A stretch of 64,000 nucleotides of DNA, from contig OX597817.1 in NCBI GenBank assembly GCA_951406725.2, positions 151,714,001-151,778,000 on the forward strand, in the 5' to 3' direction. The translations under genes were made by a program, and so were the position numbers. This DNA is from Octopus vulgaris (lineage: Eukaryota). Shown in pieces: positions 39,936-53,045 of the stretch; the first letter of the stretch is position 1, and each line of letters opens with the position of its first letter. The notes under the pieces are model-generated. The model did not search any database. It worked only from the letters and a program-made list of their open reading frames with translations, and had not been told where the DNA came from.

Positions 39936-40073
39936 AGGTTTAAGAGACAGAATCACCCTCAAGCGACTCAGTAATCATTGAACGACATTATCCACGATCG
40001 GCACATATAGGACTTAAAATTATCAAAATTAATACCTTCAATTCTTATTCTAAATCATATACTTTACATTATA

Positions 40074-40180
40074 TAGACTACGCGCGTTTCATAACACCAA
40101 ATTCCTCGATATTGCTGAAATAGAAGGTCTCGAAATACAATAGCATATTAAAACGATTATATTGCCAATCTTCAGGTCTA
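40074..40180 (-). ncRNA. Type I hammerhead ribozyme motif (Penelope-type)
   Basis: Minus strand: tagac CTGAAGA ttggca...tgttat GAAA CGCGC GTA gtcta. 5-bp stem I and palindromic ACGCGCGT stem III. Confidence 0.7.
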
Positions 40181-40677
40181 GATTATATAATCTTATTTTG
40201 CTATTTACATCCTATATAAAGACATGACAAACTGAAATTATATAACTAGAAATTGTCTGTTCATTATTTACTAAAGTAAAATTATTCCGCTGCCCTAATC
40301 ACTGCGCCATTGCGCCTCCACGGCCATTCATATATATATATATAATACAAAAATAGGACAAGAACGCAAAACATCCAGACAGGTGATACAAGAAAGGGAC
40401 AACAAATCATCCAGAAGAACGTGTCATTCGGAGTTTCCTTTCCTCAATCGAGTTCCAGATTGTCTTTGCAAATTCGGTTGGTTATGCTCGAAATTGCTCC
40501 AATCTGGCCAGCCCCAAGGAAAACGAAAGCTAAGAGCATTAGATTCCTTGGAAGAAAGCAGCGAATGTATACGAAAACAAGGACGGAAAAAAAACGGCGA
40601 AATGTTACACAAATACAAATACAAATAACAGGACATAACAACAGGTATCTTTCGACTAAGGACGAAATATATATATT

Positions 40678-40741
<64 letters not shown>

Positions 40742-40761
40742 AAGATATATATATATATATA

Positions 40762-41585
40762 TAAATTAATCAAAATAAAAACATGATGCCAAGGTACATA
40801 TGTTTCGGGCCTTTATTAGACGGATTTATAACAATGCATAATGTGTGTCTATGGCCTTCTTCAGCCGCGCACAATTACTACCTCAAGGACATGTATTACA
40901 GCAAAAATTCTACGTTGGGGATGCAAATCCTCTCATTCGCGTACGACATAATGCGGCAACAGCATAAAAATGAAGCGTCCATCTCGTCCTTCTCTCAATG
41001 TAGAATGAGGAAGTTTGGATGTTGAGGTAATATAAATAAATGAATAAATAAATATATACATATATAAATACAGACAGACGTGAAGGAACCTGGTAATAAG
41101 AGTAAATGGGGATAAAGATGGAGGGGCGAGAATTCAGGACGAAGGATAAAAAAATATTAAAATGTGAAAAATAAGAATATAAGTATAGAAAAATATAAAA
41201 ATATAGAGTATAAAGATATAAAGAGATATAAAAAGATATAAAAAAATATAAATGAATATAAAGATATAAAGTTATAAAAAATATTAAAAAATTATCAGAA
41301 ATATAAAGGATATAAGAATATAGAAATGTAAAAGAATATAAGGATAAGGGATATAAAGTTGTTACGGACCAACATGGTGGTCAGGAAAATGACAAATTCT
41401 GGTTGTAGAAGCCGTGGGTGTCATAAATCAACCGGGGCGTCTGGGGACCTAGTGTATTGCAAATTAGAGTCGTTTGGTTAAACCGCTTATCTAGTTCCTC
41501 GTAACGTATCAAGTGGTCATCATGTACATACGTACACGCATGGATACATACACCCATATACACGCGTACATATACGCACGCATAC
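40762..41585 (-). repeat. Left arm of an ~820-bp inverted repeat (Penelope pLTR-like), hammerhead at ~40792-40868
   Basis: Reverse complement of 44302-45135. Minus strand gcgg CTGAAGA aggcc...ggccc GAAACATATGTA cc. Confidence 0.85.
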
Positions 41586-42011
41586 GCAACTACACGCAAT
41601 ATATGTATATTGTCCCTGTATATATATGTATATTCTGTCATAATTTTTTGCCCCGCAAGTCTCTTACGTTCATGTCTACCTTCTGTACCCACTATAATTC
41701 CGTATTTTGTCCGTGTGCGAGAATGGATCTTTTTGTTATACCTGTGTCTGTGCATATACATACTTTTGTGTATAGGCATAGGGATCTACTCCCCCATGTG
41801 CGTGGGTGTGGGCGTGAGTACAGGTGTATACATATTTCTGCCCACACGCATAGAGATTCACTTCGTCTTGTACATGCGTGTAAGTGCGAGTGTACCTATA
41901 TGAACGCATGTGCGTGTATGTATATACGTACGTATGCGCGTCGGTTCGTGTACCCAACTACATGCGCCTTTTTCCATATATATCTGTATATGTTTACACG
42001 TGAGTACGTAT

Positions 42012-44293
42012 GTTAGTTAGTTAGTTAGTTAGTTAGTTAATTTAGCTCAAAAGCAAATAGCAAGGCCATGTAGGGGGACATGGAGTTAAGTACAGGGTGG
42101 TGTTCATCTAAAGAGTTCAGGCCACTTGAGGTCAAGGGAGGCTTTGAACAAAGCGGTCGTCGGCATCTTCACCATCTCGTCTGGCAGCTTGTTCCACGGA
42201 TCCGCAACCCGGACGGAGAAAGCTCCTCTCCTTCGATTGAGATGAAATCGTCGCAGGTAGAGCTTTTCGGAATGACCCCGCAGCCGACGCTCTGGAGCAG
42301 GAGTGAAGAACAGCTCTTTCGAGAGGTTACACTTTCCGCTTATGATGATGTGGGCGAGAATGAGATCACCACGGCGGCGGCGTTTTTCAAGAGAATAAAG
42401 GTCGAGCGTCCTCAGCCTTTCTTCATAGGACAAATTTTTGAGACCATGAACCATGCGGGTAGCCAGCCTCTGGACTCTTTCGAGATGCTGTATGTCTTTG
42501 AGGAGATAAGGAGAAGAGGCTTGAATCCTGTACTCCAATATGGGTCTCACCAGCGTGACATAGAGTGGTAGGAATATGGCTGCTGTGAGCATTCCGAATG
42601 ACCGTCGAATCAAGAACAGAATTCCGCGTGCTTTGTTGGCAGCATGGACGCACTGGGCCGAAGGCGAAAAGGAGGAATCCACCAAGATACCCAGGTCCTT
42701 TACCTGATCGGTCCTCTCCAGCAGCAGACGACCCGGCTCGAAATCAAGTTGAGTTGCAGGAGGAGAGCCAACAGGCAGATGACAGCACTTTGACACGTTC
42801 AGACACAGGTCCCATTCGTTAGACCACTTCCAAATTTGGTGGAGGCATTGACGAAGATCCTCTACATCACCGCGAGGAGCGACCAGTTTGATATCGTCGG
42901 CAAATAGAAGGGTGTGTTGCGTGAGGTCGTCGGGCAAGTCATTTATGAAGACTAAGAACAATAAGGGCCCAAACACTGAACCTTGAGGCACGCCACTGCT
43001 CGCACTGGAGACGTCGGACCGCGAACCATTAACTTGGACTTGGAAGGAGCGATCTGAGAGGAAGGCACCAACCCAACGTACAATATCCGGATGGAAACTA
43101 TATGCTTGAAGCTTGACAAGTAATAGGCGGTGGTCTACCGAGTCAAAAGCTTTGGCAAAGTCCAATAAAACGATGTCAACAGCATCACTATCATCGAGGA
43201 TGCGCGTCACTAATTCTTCCATTACGAGTAAGTTGGTCAAGCATGATCTCTTCGGCACGTAGCCGTGTTGGGAATCAGAGATAGAGGCTTGTTTTGGAGG
43301 TGGAGCATCATACTTTTCTTAAGGATGGTTTCGAACATCTTGCTGATTATTGATGTAAGGGAAACCGGTCGGTAGTTAAGCGGGTCTTCGCGGCTCCCTT
43401 TCTTGAAAATTGGGCAGATTATCGCTGTTCTCCAGTCCGCAGGTATAACACCCGTCGCCAATGACATATTGAATAGACGTGTTAAGGGCTCGCAGATGAC
43501 CGGAGCCAACGCTTTGATAACCCGTGGGTGTATGCCGTCAGGGCCGTGACCCTTGTTGACATCGAGGCTTTGAATAACACGTTTGACTTCGTCCCGCGTG
43601 ATGATCAATCTAGGCATTGGAGGTACCGATCTATCAAATGGAGGGGGTTCACGACCATCATCTTGTTTGAAAATAGTTGAAAAAGCCTCGGCAAATAATT
43701 GACTCTGTTGATAAGGGTCCTCAATCGATACGCCTGTTGAGTCTACCAACGTTGCAATCTGGTTGTTCAAGCGGGAATTCCGTTGGATATGGGCAAAGAA
43801 GGTTTTTGAATTGCTACTGGCATTTGCCGCGATTTTGTATTCATAACTGAAGCGTTCTTCCTTTTCAATTTTCACGGCTCGGTCTCGTTGAGTTATGTAC
43901 ACCTCAAAAGCTGCAGTCGAATCCAGATTTTTTAATTCAGCCCAAGCAATGTCTCTGAGTCGACGTTCTCGTTTAACCTTCTTCGTCACCCAGGGCTTGT
44001 GTTTCTTCTTCTTGGGAAGCCCAACGGGAACTGCCTGGTCAGTCAACCAGATTACATATGCTTTGAGGGATGACCATAGTTCGTCAACTGAGGACAACGT
44101 CATCAGGGATCGCCAGTCCAGAAGCGCGGAAGCCTCGGTTAGAATTTCAAGATTAATTGCAGAGAAGACTCTACGTGGCAGCGAAGTAGTCGTGGGCGTA
44201 GAAAATGTTGTGTGCATGACGAACTTCAGGACTGCATGATCACTCTTGGCAAGAGGGGCGCACACAGATACGTCTGACACTGATCTTGGATAT
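42012..44293 (-). mobile_element. 5'-truncated CR1-group LINE with (TAAC)n tail
   Basis: Two overlapping ORFs joined by one frameshift near 43290. The tail reads (GTTA)n at 42012-42039 on +. Confidence 0.9.
42104..44280 (-). pseudogene. LINE ORF2 (end of APE endonuclease + reverse transcriptase), frameshifted
   Basis: SDH (APE end), GPDGI, NYRPVSLTS, LDFAKAFDSV, GVPQGS, FADD, and C-terminal FSVRVADPWNKLP. Confidence 0.92.
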
Positions 44294-44301
44294 GTATGCT
44301 T

Positions 44302-45199
44302 GTATGCGTGCGTATATGTACGCGTGTATATGGGTGTATGTATCCATGCGTGTACGTATGTACATGATGACCACTTGATACGTTACGAGGAACTAGATAA
44401 GCGGTTTAACCAAACGACTCTAATTTACAATACACTAGGTCCCCAGACGCCCCGGTTGATTTATGACACCCACGGCTTCTACAACCAGAATTTGTCATTT
44501 TCCTGACCACCATGTTGGTCCGTAACAACTTTATATCCCTTATCCTTATATTCTTTTACATTTCTATATTCTTATATCCTTTATATTTCTGATAATTTTT
44601 TAATATTTTTTATAACTTTATATCTTTATATTCATTTATATATTTTTTATATCTTTTTATATCTCTTTATATCTTTATACTCTATATTTTTATATTTTTC
44701 TATACTTATATTCTTATTTTTCACATTTTTATATTTTTTTATCCTTCGTCCTGAATTCTCGCCCCTCCATCTTTATCCCCATTTACTCTTATTACCAGGT
44801 TCCTTCACGTCTGTCTGTATTTATATATGTATATATTTATTTATTCATTTATTTATATTACCTCAACATCCAAACTTCCTCATTCTACATTGAGAGAAGG
44901 ACGAGATGGACGCTTCATTTTTATGCTGTTGCCGCATTATGTCGTACGCGAATGAGAGGATTTGCATCCCCAACGTAGAATTTTTGCTGTAATACATGTC
45001 CTTGAGGTAGTAATTGTGCGCGGCTGAAGAAGGCCATAGACACACATTATGCATTGTTATAAATCCGTCTAATAAAGGCCCGAAACATTTGTACCGCTGA
45101 ATCCTTGGCATCATGTTTTTATTTTGATTAATTTACTCCACCACCTACACCACCAAACGGTATATACAGGTGCTTACAATTATCAAGTACTCACCCTGA

Positions 45200-45206
<7 letters not shown>
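44302..45206 (+). repeat. Right arm of the ~820-bp inverted repeat plus unpaired 3' end running into (TA)n
   Basis: 44302-45135 pairs with 40762-41585. Confidence 0.85.
45020..45097 (+). ncRNA. Type I hammerhead ribozyme motif (Penelope-type)
   Basis: gcgg CTGAAGA(45024-45030) A ggcc..tagac...gtcta..ggcc C GAAA(45082-45085) CATTT GTA(45091-45093) ccgc. Confidence 0.7.
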
Positions 45207-45255
<49 letters not shown>

Positions 45256-45369
45256 CTAACCCTACTGCCCCGCCCAACCACCCCCCACACACCTCCCCAA
45301 TCCCTCCCCCTCAGACCTCCACGAGACCTACCACCCCTCCTACTTCTATTCCACCCACCCCTTCTCCAC

Positions 45370-47565
45370 TTCCGTCTGTTGTTACCATTCCCCCCGATCT
45401 TCCCCTCTCTGCGGCTGAACGCTCCGTCCTTGGTAGGGGTCTGCGTTTCATCCCCCTCACTCCATCCTGTAAGGAATTCCAGACGCGAGTTGATGTCCAC
45501 AGCTTTGTGCGCCGTGTCCGGTTGGGTGCGCATTACCACGACTCGCCACCCACACCCAACGAAGAGGACGACTGCTTCACTGGCCTGGGCCGCCGACCAT
45601 CCCCGTGGACGCCTGCCCCTGGCCAGATCCTAGCAGTGGATCTTTTCGCGGGCGCTTGTCAGCGTGCATTGGAGCGGTTCAACTTCTCCAGGCGCCAACG
45701 CCGCCTCAACATCTCCCCGGCTGAGCTCTTGGCTCTTCGTTCCCTCCAACGGCGCGCTGACATTATCATCAAACCGGCTGACAAGGGTGGAGCTGTAGTG
45801 GTGTGGCGCGCGGACCTCTATAGGGCCGAGGCTTTCCGCCAACTCAATGACACCTCCTTCTATTCCCCTCTGCCCTCTAACCCCACACGTAGCTACCAAC
45901 AGACGGTATCCTCTACTGTCCAAGACCTCATCTCGTCCTCCCGTCTCCCCCGCACCGCATCCAACCTAATTGTGCGAACCCCACGTACCCCCACCATTTA
46001 CTTCCTCCCCAAAATCCACAAACCCAACAACCCTGGCCGCCCCATCGTCTCCGCCTGTAACTGCCCCACGGAGCTCATCTCTAAATACCTCGACCGTGTC
46101 CTTGCCCCCTAGTGGCATCTCTTCCCTCCCACATCCACGATACCAACCATGCTCTCCGGCTTTTCAACTCTTTCTCCTTTCCTCCCGGCTCCTCCAAAAT
46201 CCTTTTTACTATGGACATCCAAAGCCTCTATACTGTTATCCCTCACCACGAAGGACTGCAGGCCCTTCGACACTTTCTTGACCTCCGCTCTAACCCTGTA
46301 CCTGACACCTCCACACTCATTCGTCTGGCCGAACTTGTCCTTACTCTGAACTGCTTCTCGTTCGCGGGCGAGTTCTACCATCAGGTCTCGGGAGTGGCCA
46401 TGGGAACGCGAATGGGCCCCAACTATGCGAACCTGTTCGTTGGCTATGTTGAGGCCCAAATATTCTCTACTTTCACTGGTCCCACTCCTGAACTATATGG
46501 TCGTTATATTGACGACATTATCGGTGCCACCTCACTCTCCCGCGAACATCTAGATTCCTTCCTCTCTTTCGTCCAATCTTTCCATCCAGCCCTCCACTTC
46601 ACTTCCACTATCTCCAACACCTCTGTCTCCTTCCTCGACATTTCGGTTAGCATTCTTCACTCCACTCTTACCACCTCCATTCACTACAAACACACAGACT
46701 CACACTCATACCTCAACTTCTCTTCCTCCCACCCAGAACACACCAAGCTTTCCATCCCCTATTCCCAATTCCTCCGTCTACGTAGGCTCTGTAGTGACGA
46801 CCATGACTTTGAGACTCAGTCTCAACGTATGGCTCACCACTTCACCCTACGTGGATACCCCCTCACCACTATCCACACCGCCCTTGCCAGAGCACGGTCC
46901 GTGGACCGTGTATCTGCTCTCTCTCCCCGAACCCGCCCTGTAGTCTCCCGCCTCCCTTTTCCCCTCACTTACCACCCCACGACCCTACGTCTCCAACGCA
47001 CCATTCTTCGAGCTTTCCGTCGTCTCCAGTCCGACCCGTCCACTTCACACCTCTTCCCTAACCGACCCCTCCCCTCTTTCAAACGAGCCCACAACCTTCG
47101 AGACCTTTTGGTCCATAGCTCCTTCCCTGACCCTACCTCCCAACCCGGCTCGTTCCCCTGCTCCCGCCCACGTTGCCGCACTTGCCCTTACCTCTCCAAC
47201 ACCACCCGCCTCACTAGCACCCACCATCGACCCTATCCCATCATCCACTCCTTCACCTGCACCTCCAGCAATATTATCTATTGCATCTCTTGCTCTCTCT
47301 GCAATTCCTTGTACATCGGACAAACGGGACGCCGCTTGGCTGACCGGTTCGCGGAACACCTTCGTGACATCCACCTTGCGAACGACACACCGGTCTCACG
47401 CCATTTCCGCTCCACCGGTCACTCCTTGCAACACCTATCTGTGTTCGGTTTGTCCTTACACAGAGGCCATCCGGATTCCCGTTTGCGCCGTGAACAGGAA
47501 TTAATCTTCTCTCTTCGCTCTTATACGCCATTTGGTCTCAACTCTCCCCCCTCCTCATCTAACCC
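45370..47565 (+). pseudogene. PLE reverse transcriptase / GIY-YIG endonuclease polyprotein with a frameshift at ~46105-46110
   Basis: VVTIPPDLPLS..VLGRGLRFIP, IKPADKGGAVVV, LPKIHK..PGRPIVS, MDIQSLYT, GVAMGTRMGPNYANLFV, RYIDD, FLD, CSRPRCRTC, NIIYCISCSLC..YIGQTGRRLADRFAEH. Confidence 0.92.
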
Positions 47566-47899
47566 CCCTCTCCCCCTCCTCACCTATCCTTTCTCCCCCG
47601 ACCCCCACTTCTTCAGTCCTTCATCCTTTCACCCCTACTCCCCTTCCCTTCTTCCCTCTTTCTCCCTCCCTCTTCCTCTTCCCTCTGCTCCCTCACTCCC
47701 TCTCTCCCCTTCTCTCTCCCCCTCTCCCTCTTTCCTCCTTCATCCCTCTCCTCCCCTTCCTTCTCCCCATCCTCTCCTCTTCACCCTCCCCTCCCCCTCT
47801 TCTTCCCCTCCCCTTCTCCCCCTTCTCCCCCCTCTTCTCCCCTCCCCCTCTTCTCCTCACTACACCACATGACTTTACACATCACATCACATATGATGT

Positions 47900-48230
47900 G
47901 CCATACTAATACACACACCAACTAATACATACTAATACGTACTAATACATACTAGTACATACTAATACTTACACCAACCCTATACATACACACGTCCAGA
48001 CCCCGCATACGCACTTATACTCTCTCACACACACACACACACACCTATACATACCAATACGTACTAATACATACTAATACATACTAATACATACACCAAC
48101 CCCATACATACGCACGTCCAGACCAATCCCACGCACTGATACTCTCTCATACACACACACACACACACACCCTTATACATACTAATACATACACCAACCC
48201 TATACATACACATCCAGACCCCTCCCACGC
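47900..48230 (+). repeat. Degenerate tandem repeats (catactaata subunits, ~120-bp period) in the PLE 3' region
   Basis: acaccaaccc..tacataca..cgtccagacc recurs at ~47970, ~48093 and ~48191. Confidence 0.7.
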
Positions 48231-48392
48231 ACTTTTAGCTGGTCCCTCAACCCTATTATCTCCCCTTATTTCGCTCTTGCGTCTCATGTTTGATCTTTGA
48301 CCTCTGGCCGAAATCAGATCGCCATGTTGATTCGTTAGCTACTGCACGCATTTTTTTCTCTCCTTCTTTCTGTGTTTTTCTCTCTCTGTGTA

Positions 48393-48430
48393 TCTTTCTG
48401 TTGAAGAGCGTAGGCTCGAAACGTTAAAGA
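48393..48430 (+). ncRNA. Variant minimal hammerhead motif in the PLE 3' repeat
   Basis: tcttt CTGTTGA A gagc gtag gctc GAAAC GTT aaaga. Confidence 0.55.
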
Positions 48431-48527
48431 CTTGTTTTATTTATATTTCCTGAGCGCCATACTAATACAATTGTTCGTTTGTTTTCCACCTGCCTTCGTC
48501 TTTTGTTTATTTTCATAAAGCTTCCCG

Positions 48528-48568
<41 letters not shown>

Positions 48569-49294
48569 TAAATGAAATAAAACATACGCATATATATAAA
48601 CATATATGTACGTACCTACCTCTACATGTACATATACACGCATATATAAGTACAGGACACCAAAGGGACGTCGAACACAAAGAGAAACGAAAACATAGAC
48701 ACAAACCAAAGAAACTGGACATTTTTTTTAAAACAACAAAAAAATGGAGTACAGGACAATTAACACAAAGAAAAAAACCCTTCTTCAGTCGCTATGGTTT
48801 CATCTACTCTACGTTTCGAAGGATAAAAGCGAGACGTATCTTCGACAAGAAACTTTCCTTCCTGCGAAAAGCAAATCAATTAAAATTCTGAGATCTTTTC
48901 GCAGAGGGGTAAAAAATGGTTAAAAAATGGTAAAAAGACAGGACAGTAACGACAGTACAAAAATATAAACAGTAAAAGACAGGACTTGCATACATATATA
49001 TGAGTGTATGCATTAGTGTTACTGAACGTGCACGTGCTTGTTTCTATGAATTTCTTAAATTGATGAAATCGGTGTCGCTGACAAATTCGTGTGAATAACA
49101 TCCTATTTCGAGGACATGTAAAATGTTATCGTTTACCTAGGAAAGGAAATAAGGGTTAGCGTTAAAAAAAAAAAAAGACACGCATGGAAAAATGGACGAA
49201 AACGAATGACAAAATTGAAGTGTATGTTTGTGCGCGCGCGCGCGTGTTATGTGAACGATAATATTCTGAAAACAAAGGAGTTTAGTATTTAGTT

Positions 49295-49333
<39 letters not shown>

Positions 49334-49534
49334 ATGAATTAGATATAGTTCACGATAAAAATTTACATTTCTATATTGTTTAAAATACAAGCAACTTCAG
49401 AGCAATACCTCTTGTTACTGATTGGTGTAGCTAATACAGGAACAAGGGATACGACCGCTCCCTACGGGCGTATTTTCTACAATTGGCGCCTTTTCAGCAA
49501 TTTTTTAAAAATTCTTTTGTTACCTATATCAGTA

Positions 49535-49945
49535 TTCTTTTATTCTTTTACTTGTTTCAGTCATTTGACTGCGGCCATGCTGGAGCACCGCCTTTAGTCG
49601 AGCAAATCGCCCCCAGGACTTATTCTTTGTAAGCTTAGTACTTATTCTATCGGCCTCTTTTGCCGAACCGCTAAGTTACGGGGACGTAAACGCACCAGCA
49701 TCGGTTGTCAAGCGATGTTGTGAGGGGAGGACAAACACAGACACACACACACACACACATCTATATACATATACATATATACGACGGGCTTCTTTCAGTT
49801 TCCGTCTACCAAATCCACCCACAAGGATTTGGTCGGCCCGAGGCTATAGTAGAAGACACTTGCCCAAGATACCACGCAGTGGGACTGAACCCGGAACCAT
49901 GTGGTTGGTAAGCAAGCTACTTACCACACAGCCACTCCTGTGCCT
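49535..49945 (-). mobile_element. SINE family A, full copy
   Basis: Same as 8636-9082. Confidence 0.9.
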
Positions 49946-50242
49946 AGTTGTAAATTTCATACATAATAGCATTCTTACTGAAACATGAAATCTATGAATG
50001 TAGAATAGAATTATGTATATTATAGCAAATGAAATGTTTCGTGTAATATAAAAGAAAGGAGTTTAAAATTGTTTGGTATGTGACACGGTCACATGTGCAC
50101 ACTCCCATTAAGTATAGAACCTGGCTACGCCTCTGATTATAGTTCGCCTGCATTTAGCGCCACTCCCACTCCGTTTTTTGCAGTTTTTTTCCCTTTACCA
50201 GCGTGACTGACAGGAACAAACTGCGTTTTATTTTATGTAAGA

Positions 50243-50715
50243 CTAGTATTATAACCCGATTTCATTCGGGTCTACCCGGGTCACATTTTAAAGATGAGGA
50301 ATTTAAAAAAAAAAAAACCAAAATTTTATTAAAAATGAAAAAGAGAATGAGGGAAAAAAACACTCGTTTTTTTTTCAGAATGAAAAATCGTTTCCTAGTT
50401 GCCGGAATTTCGCGACAAAATGTATGATTATTAAGCACAACAGCCTGCAGTGCATGCCGCTGGGCATTAAAAGCCAATCGCACAAACCTAGAGGGGCTCT
50501 TGGCCCCCCTTGAATCGATAAAAAATCACTCTTTTTGCCATAGCAACCACATCTTTATAGCTTGCGAATTTTAACCATCGCGGGTTTCATCCTCACCAGG
50601 CATTTAGTATCCCTGCCAATTTTCAGCTCGATCCTAACCTCGGTTTGGCCGCCATTAACCGTCAAAGCAAAATGTGCATACAATTTTCGTCCAAGGACTG
50701 TTTTATAGATATAGA
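50243..50715 (-). mobile_element. Non-autonomous Helitron (second family)
   Basis: On +: A|CTAG...acccgatttcattcgggt hairpin at the left and ttttatagatataga at the right. Confidence 0.65.
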
Positions 50716-51011
50716 CTATTTAACTTTACCCATTGTTACTTGACATACAATAGTTTCATATACAAAATCGGCCATACTGCATATTTGTAGTGAAAATCTG
50801 TGAGCATTTTCATGCACTTAACCAAATAAATGACATGAGTACATATTGGAGAGATTAAGGGAATAGAATATAATGCGGTTTGTATGTACATATAGATAAA
50901 TAAATAGGGTCAAATCGATTTTATGAAACCATCAAACACTGTTAAACATGTATGTCATAACATTATTCAACACAATACCAAAGGATTTTTTTTTAATCTA
51001 TTAAGAATGTT

Positions 51012-51333
51012 GTGGAGGTGCAATGACCCAGTGGTTAGGGCAGCGGACTCGCGGTCAGGGGATCGCGGTTTTGATTCCCAGACCGGGCGTTCTGTGTGTT
51101 TATTGAGCGAAAACACCTAAACCTCCACGAGGCTCCGATAGGGGTTGGTGGCGACCTCTGTTGTATGTACTCTTTCGCCCCAACTTTCTCTCACTCTTTC
51201 TTCCTGTTTCTTGAGTAACGCTGCGATGGACTGGCATCCTGTCCAGCTGGGGGGAACACATACGCCAAAGAAACCGGGAAACCGGGCCCATGAGCCTGGC
51301 TAGGCTTGAAAAGGGCGCATAGATAATATACAA
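51012..51333 (+). mobile_element. SINE family C2
   Basis: TSD tattaagaatgtt (50999-51011, 51334-51346). tRNA head plus ctgcgatggactggcatcctgtccag. Confidence 0.9.
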
Positions 51334-51531
51334 TATTAAGAATGTTACCAATAGAAAATGTTGGAAAATTGTCAACACTCTCAATTACTGAAACTAGATG
51401 TGTCGATGAAATTATTTAAAAAAATCTTTTAGGTGTCAGTCACCCTTAGAAATTCTTGGTGTAACAGATCCCCTTTAATTTCTACACATACAGACGCACT
51501 TACACAGGTATACGAAGATATATTTATTTGA

Positions 51532-51765
51532 TGAAGGCGGTGAGCTAGCAGAATCGTTAGCACGCCGGGCGAAATGCGTAGCCGTATTTCGTCTGACGTT
51601 ACGTTCTGAGTTCAAATTCCGCCGAGGTCGACTTTGCCATTCATCCTTTCGGAGTCGATAAATTAAGTACCAGTTACGCACTGGGGTCGATGTAATCGAC
51701 TTAATCCGTTTGTCTGTCCTTGCTTGTCCCCTCTATGTTTAGCCCCTTGTGGGTAATAAAGAAAC
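51532..51765 (+). mobile_element. SINE family B, full copy
   Basis: 16-bp TSD agatatatttatttga (51516-51531, 51766-51781). Confidence 0.92.
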
Positions 51766-52797
51766 AGATATATTTATTTGACTAAACTTGTATTTGAGCC
51801 ACGATGGCAATCGTCCGTTTTTCACGGGTAATATCACGATATATAATATAAAGTGGTTTCATAGGAAAACATGTTTTATCTTTGGCTTCAGCCAAATTCT
51901 TTATTGTTCTGAGTTCATCCCATGTGCGAAAACTTCTTCGATCACTCTCACCCAACAAAACCATAGGTTCTGATGTTGTTACTTTCCATTTGTGTCATTG
52001 CTCGTAGATCTTTTTCTACCAAAGATATACTTTTCAATGATGCGGACTAATACGTGTCGTGTTTGAAATGTTAAGTGAGCAAATGTCACTTCAAAGTGAG
52101 AATAGTGATTTCAAAGTGAGCACATTTCACAAAAACAAAACTTTGATCAACTTAAACTATTTTTCAAAGTATTTTGTTTCTGGTTTTTTTTTTGTCCTTT
52201 TTGCTAATGTGTTTTGTTACTACTAAAAATAATTTTTAAAATATTGAATATTTTAAGGTCAGGAATATATTTTTTTATTCATTAACGCCCTTGTTCACAA
52301 TGGTATCGAAAATTTCTCTCGCGACAATTCATAATTGTTATCTGAAATGTCTACCAACCCACGCATTGCTTCGTGAATAAAATAATGCTCTCAAAGCGGA
52401 TCTTTCCCCGCAGACATTCATGCAGAGATAGTCGTCACTCATTCAAGTGTTTTAAAAGTCACATACCAAGATTATATGCTCAGAAAATTAATATTTTGCG
52501 CCATTGCTATACTTCACAAAAAAACGCAACAGAAAACAACCATTTCATGCGATTTTTTTTTTATGTTGCTTGGCTAACGAAAACGTAAGTTGGCCATGTT
52601 GATATTACAAATGGTATTATGATATTTTAGTGTTTTATTTTCTGTTTAATATATTTTTTACATTAATCTAGAACTGAAATCGCTATTCTCACAAACAGTA
52701 GCAAAGTGGCCTGTTGAAATTATTAAGCTTACTTTGAAATGGCGATATCTCACTTCGAAATAAAAAATACTGGTGCTAACATCAATACGCATATGCA

Positions 52798-52847
<50 letters not shown>

Positions 52848-53013
52848 AGAGAGATAATGGTGTCATTTGGACCCAAAGGTGTCAGGTAAAGCTGAATAAG
52901 TGGTATAGACAGACCATAGTTAAGGTTAAGTTCCTGCTCTAATATCTACACAGCCTTGGGTTTTTTTATCTTATTACGCAAAAAATTCGTATATATATAT
53001 ATATATATATATA

Positions 53014-53045
53014 CTAGCATTAAAGACCCGTCGTTGCCGGGTCAT
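53014..53045 (-). mobile_element. Helitron 3' terminus
   Basis: On +: A|CTAGcattaaa gacccg tcgttgc cgggtc hairpin. Confidence 0.55.

Larger units (their letters stand above)
45253..48529 (+). mobile_element. Penelope-like element (Neptune-like), 5'-truncated, between (TA)n tracts
   Basis: RT + Cys linker + GIY-YIG ORF, CT-rich and tandem-repeat 3' region, hammerhead-like motif, (TA)n on both sides. Confidence 0.9.

Noticed and set aside
40783-41025. Duplicated 80-83 aa ORFs (also 44863-45114)
   Set aside because: They are antisense readings of the two arms of the ribozyme-bearing inverted repeat.
42080-44239. Plus-strand ORFs over the CR1 element, and over the L1/Tx1 ORF2 at 53887-56144
   Set aside because: Shadow frames of GC-richer retrotransposon coding sequence.
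47565-47872. Pro/Ser/Leu-rich C-terminal extension of the PLE ORF
   Set aside because: Read-through into CT-rich low-complexity 3' sequence. The true stop is probably near 47562.
48775-48855. Additional hammerhead-like motif on the minus strand (TTGTCGA...GAAACGTA, followed by a CTGAAGA)
   Set aside because: The stems are weak and the register is ambiguous. Probably a decayed PLE end, and not supportable.
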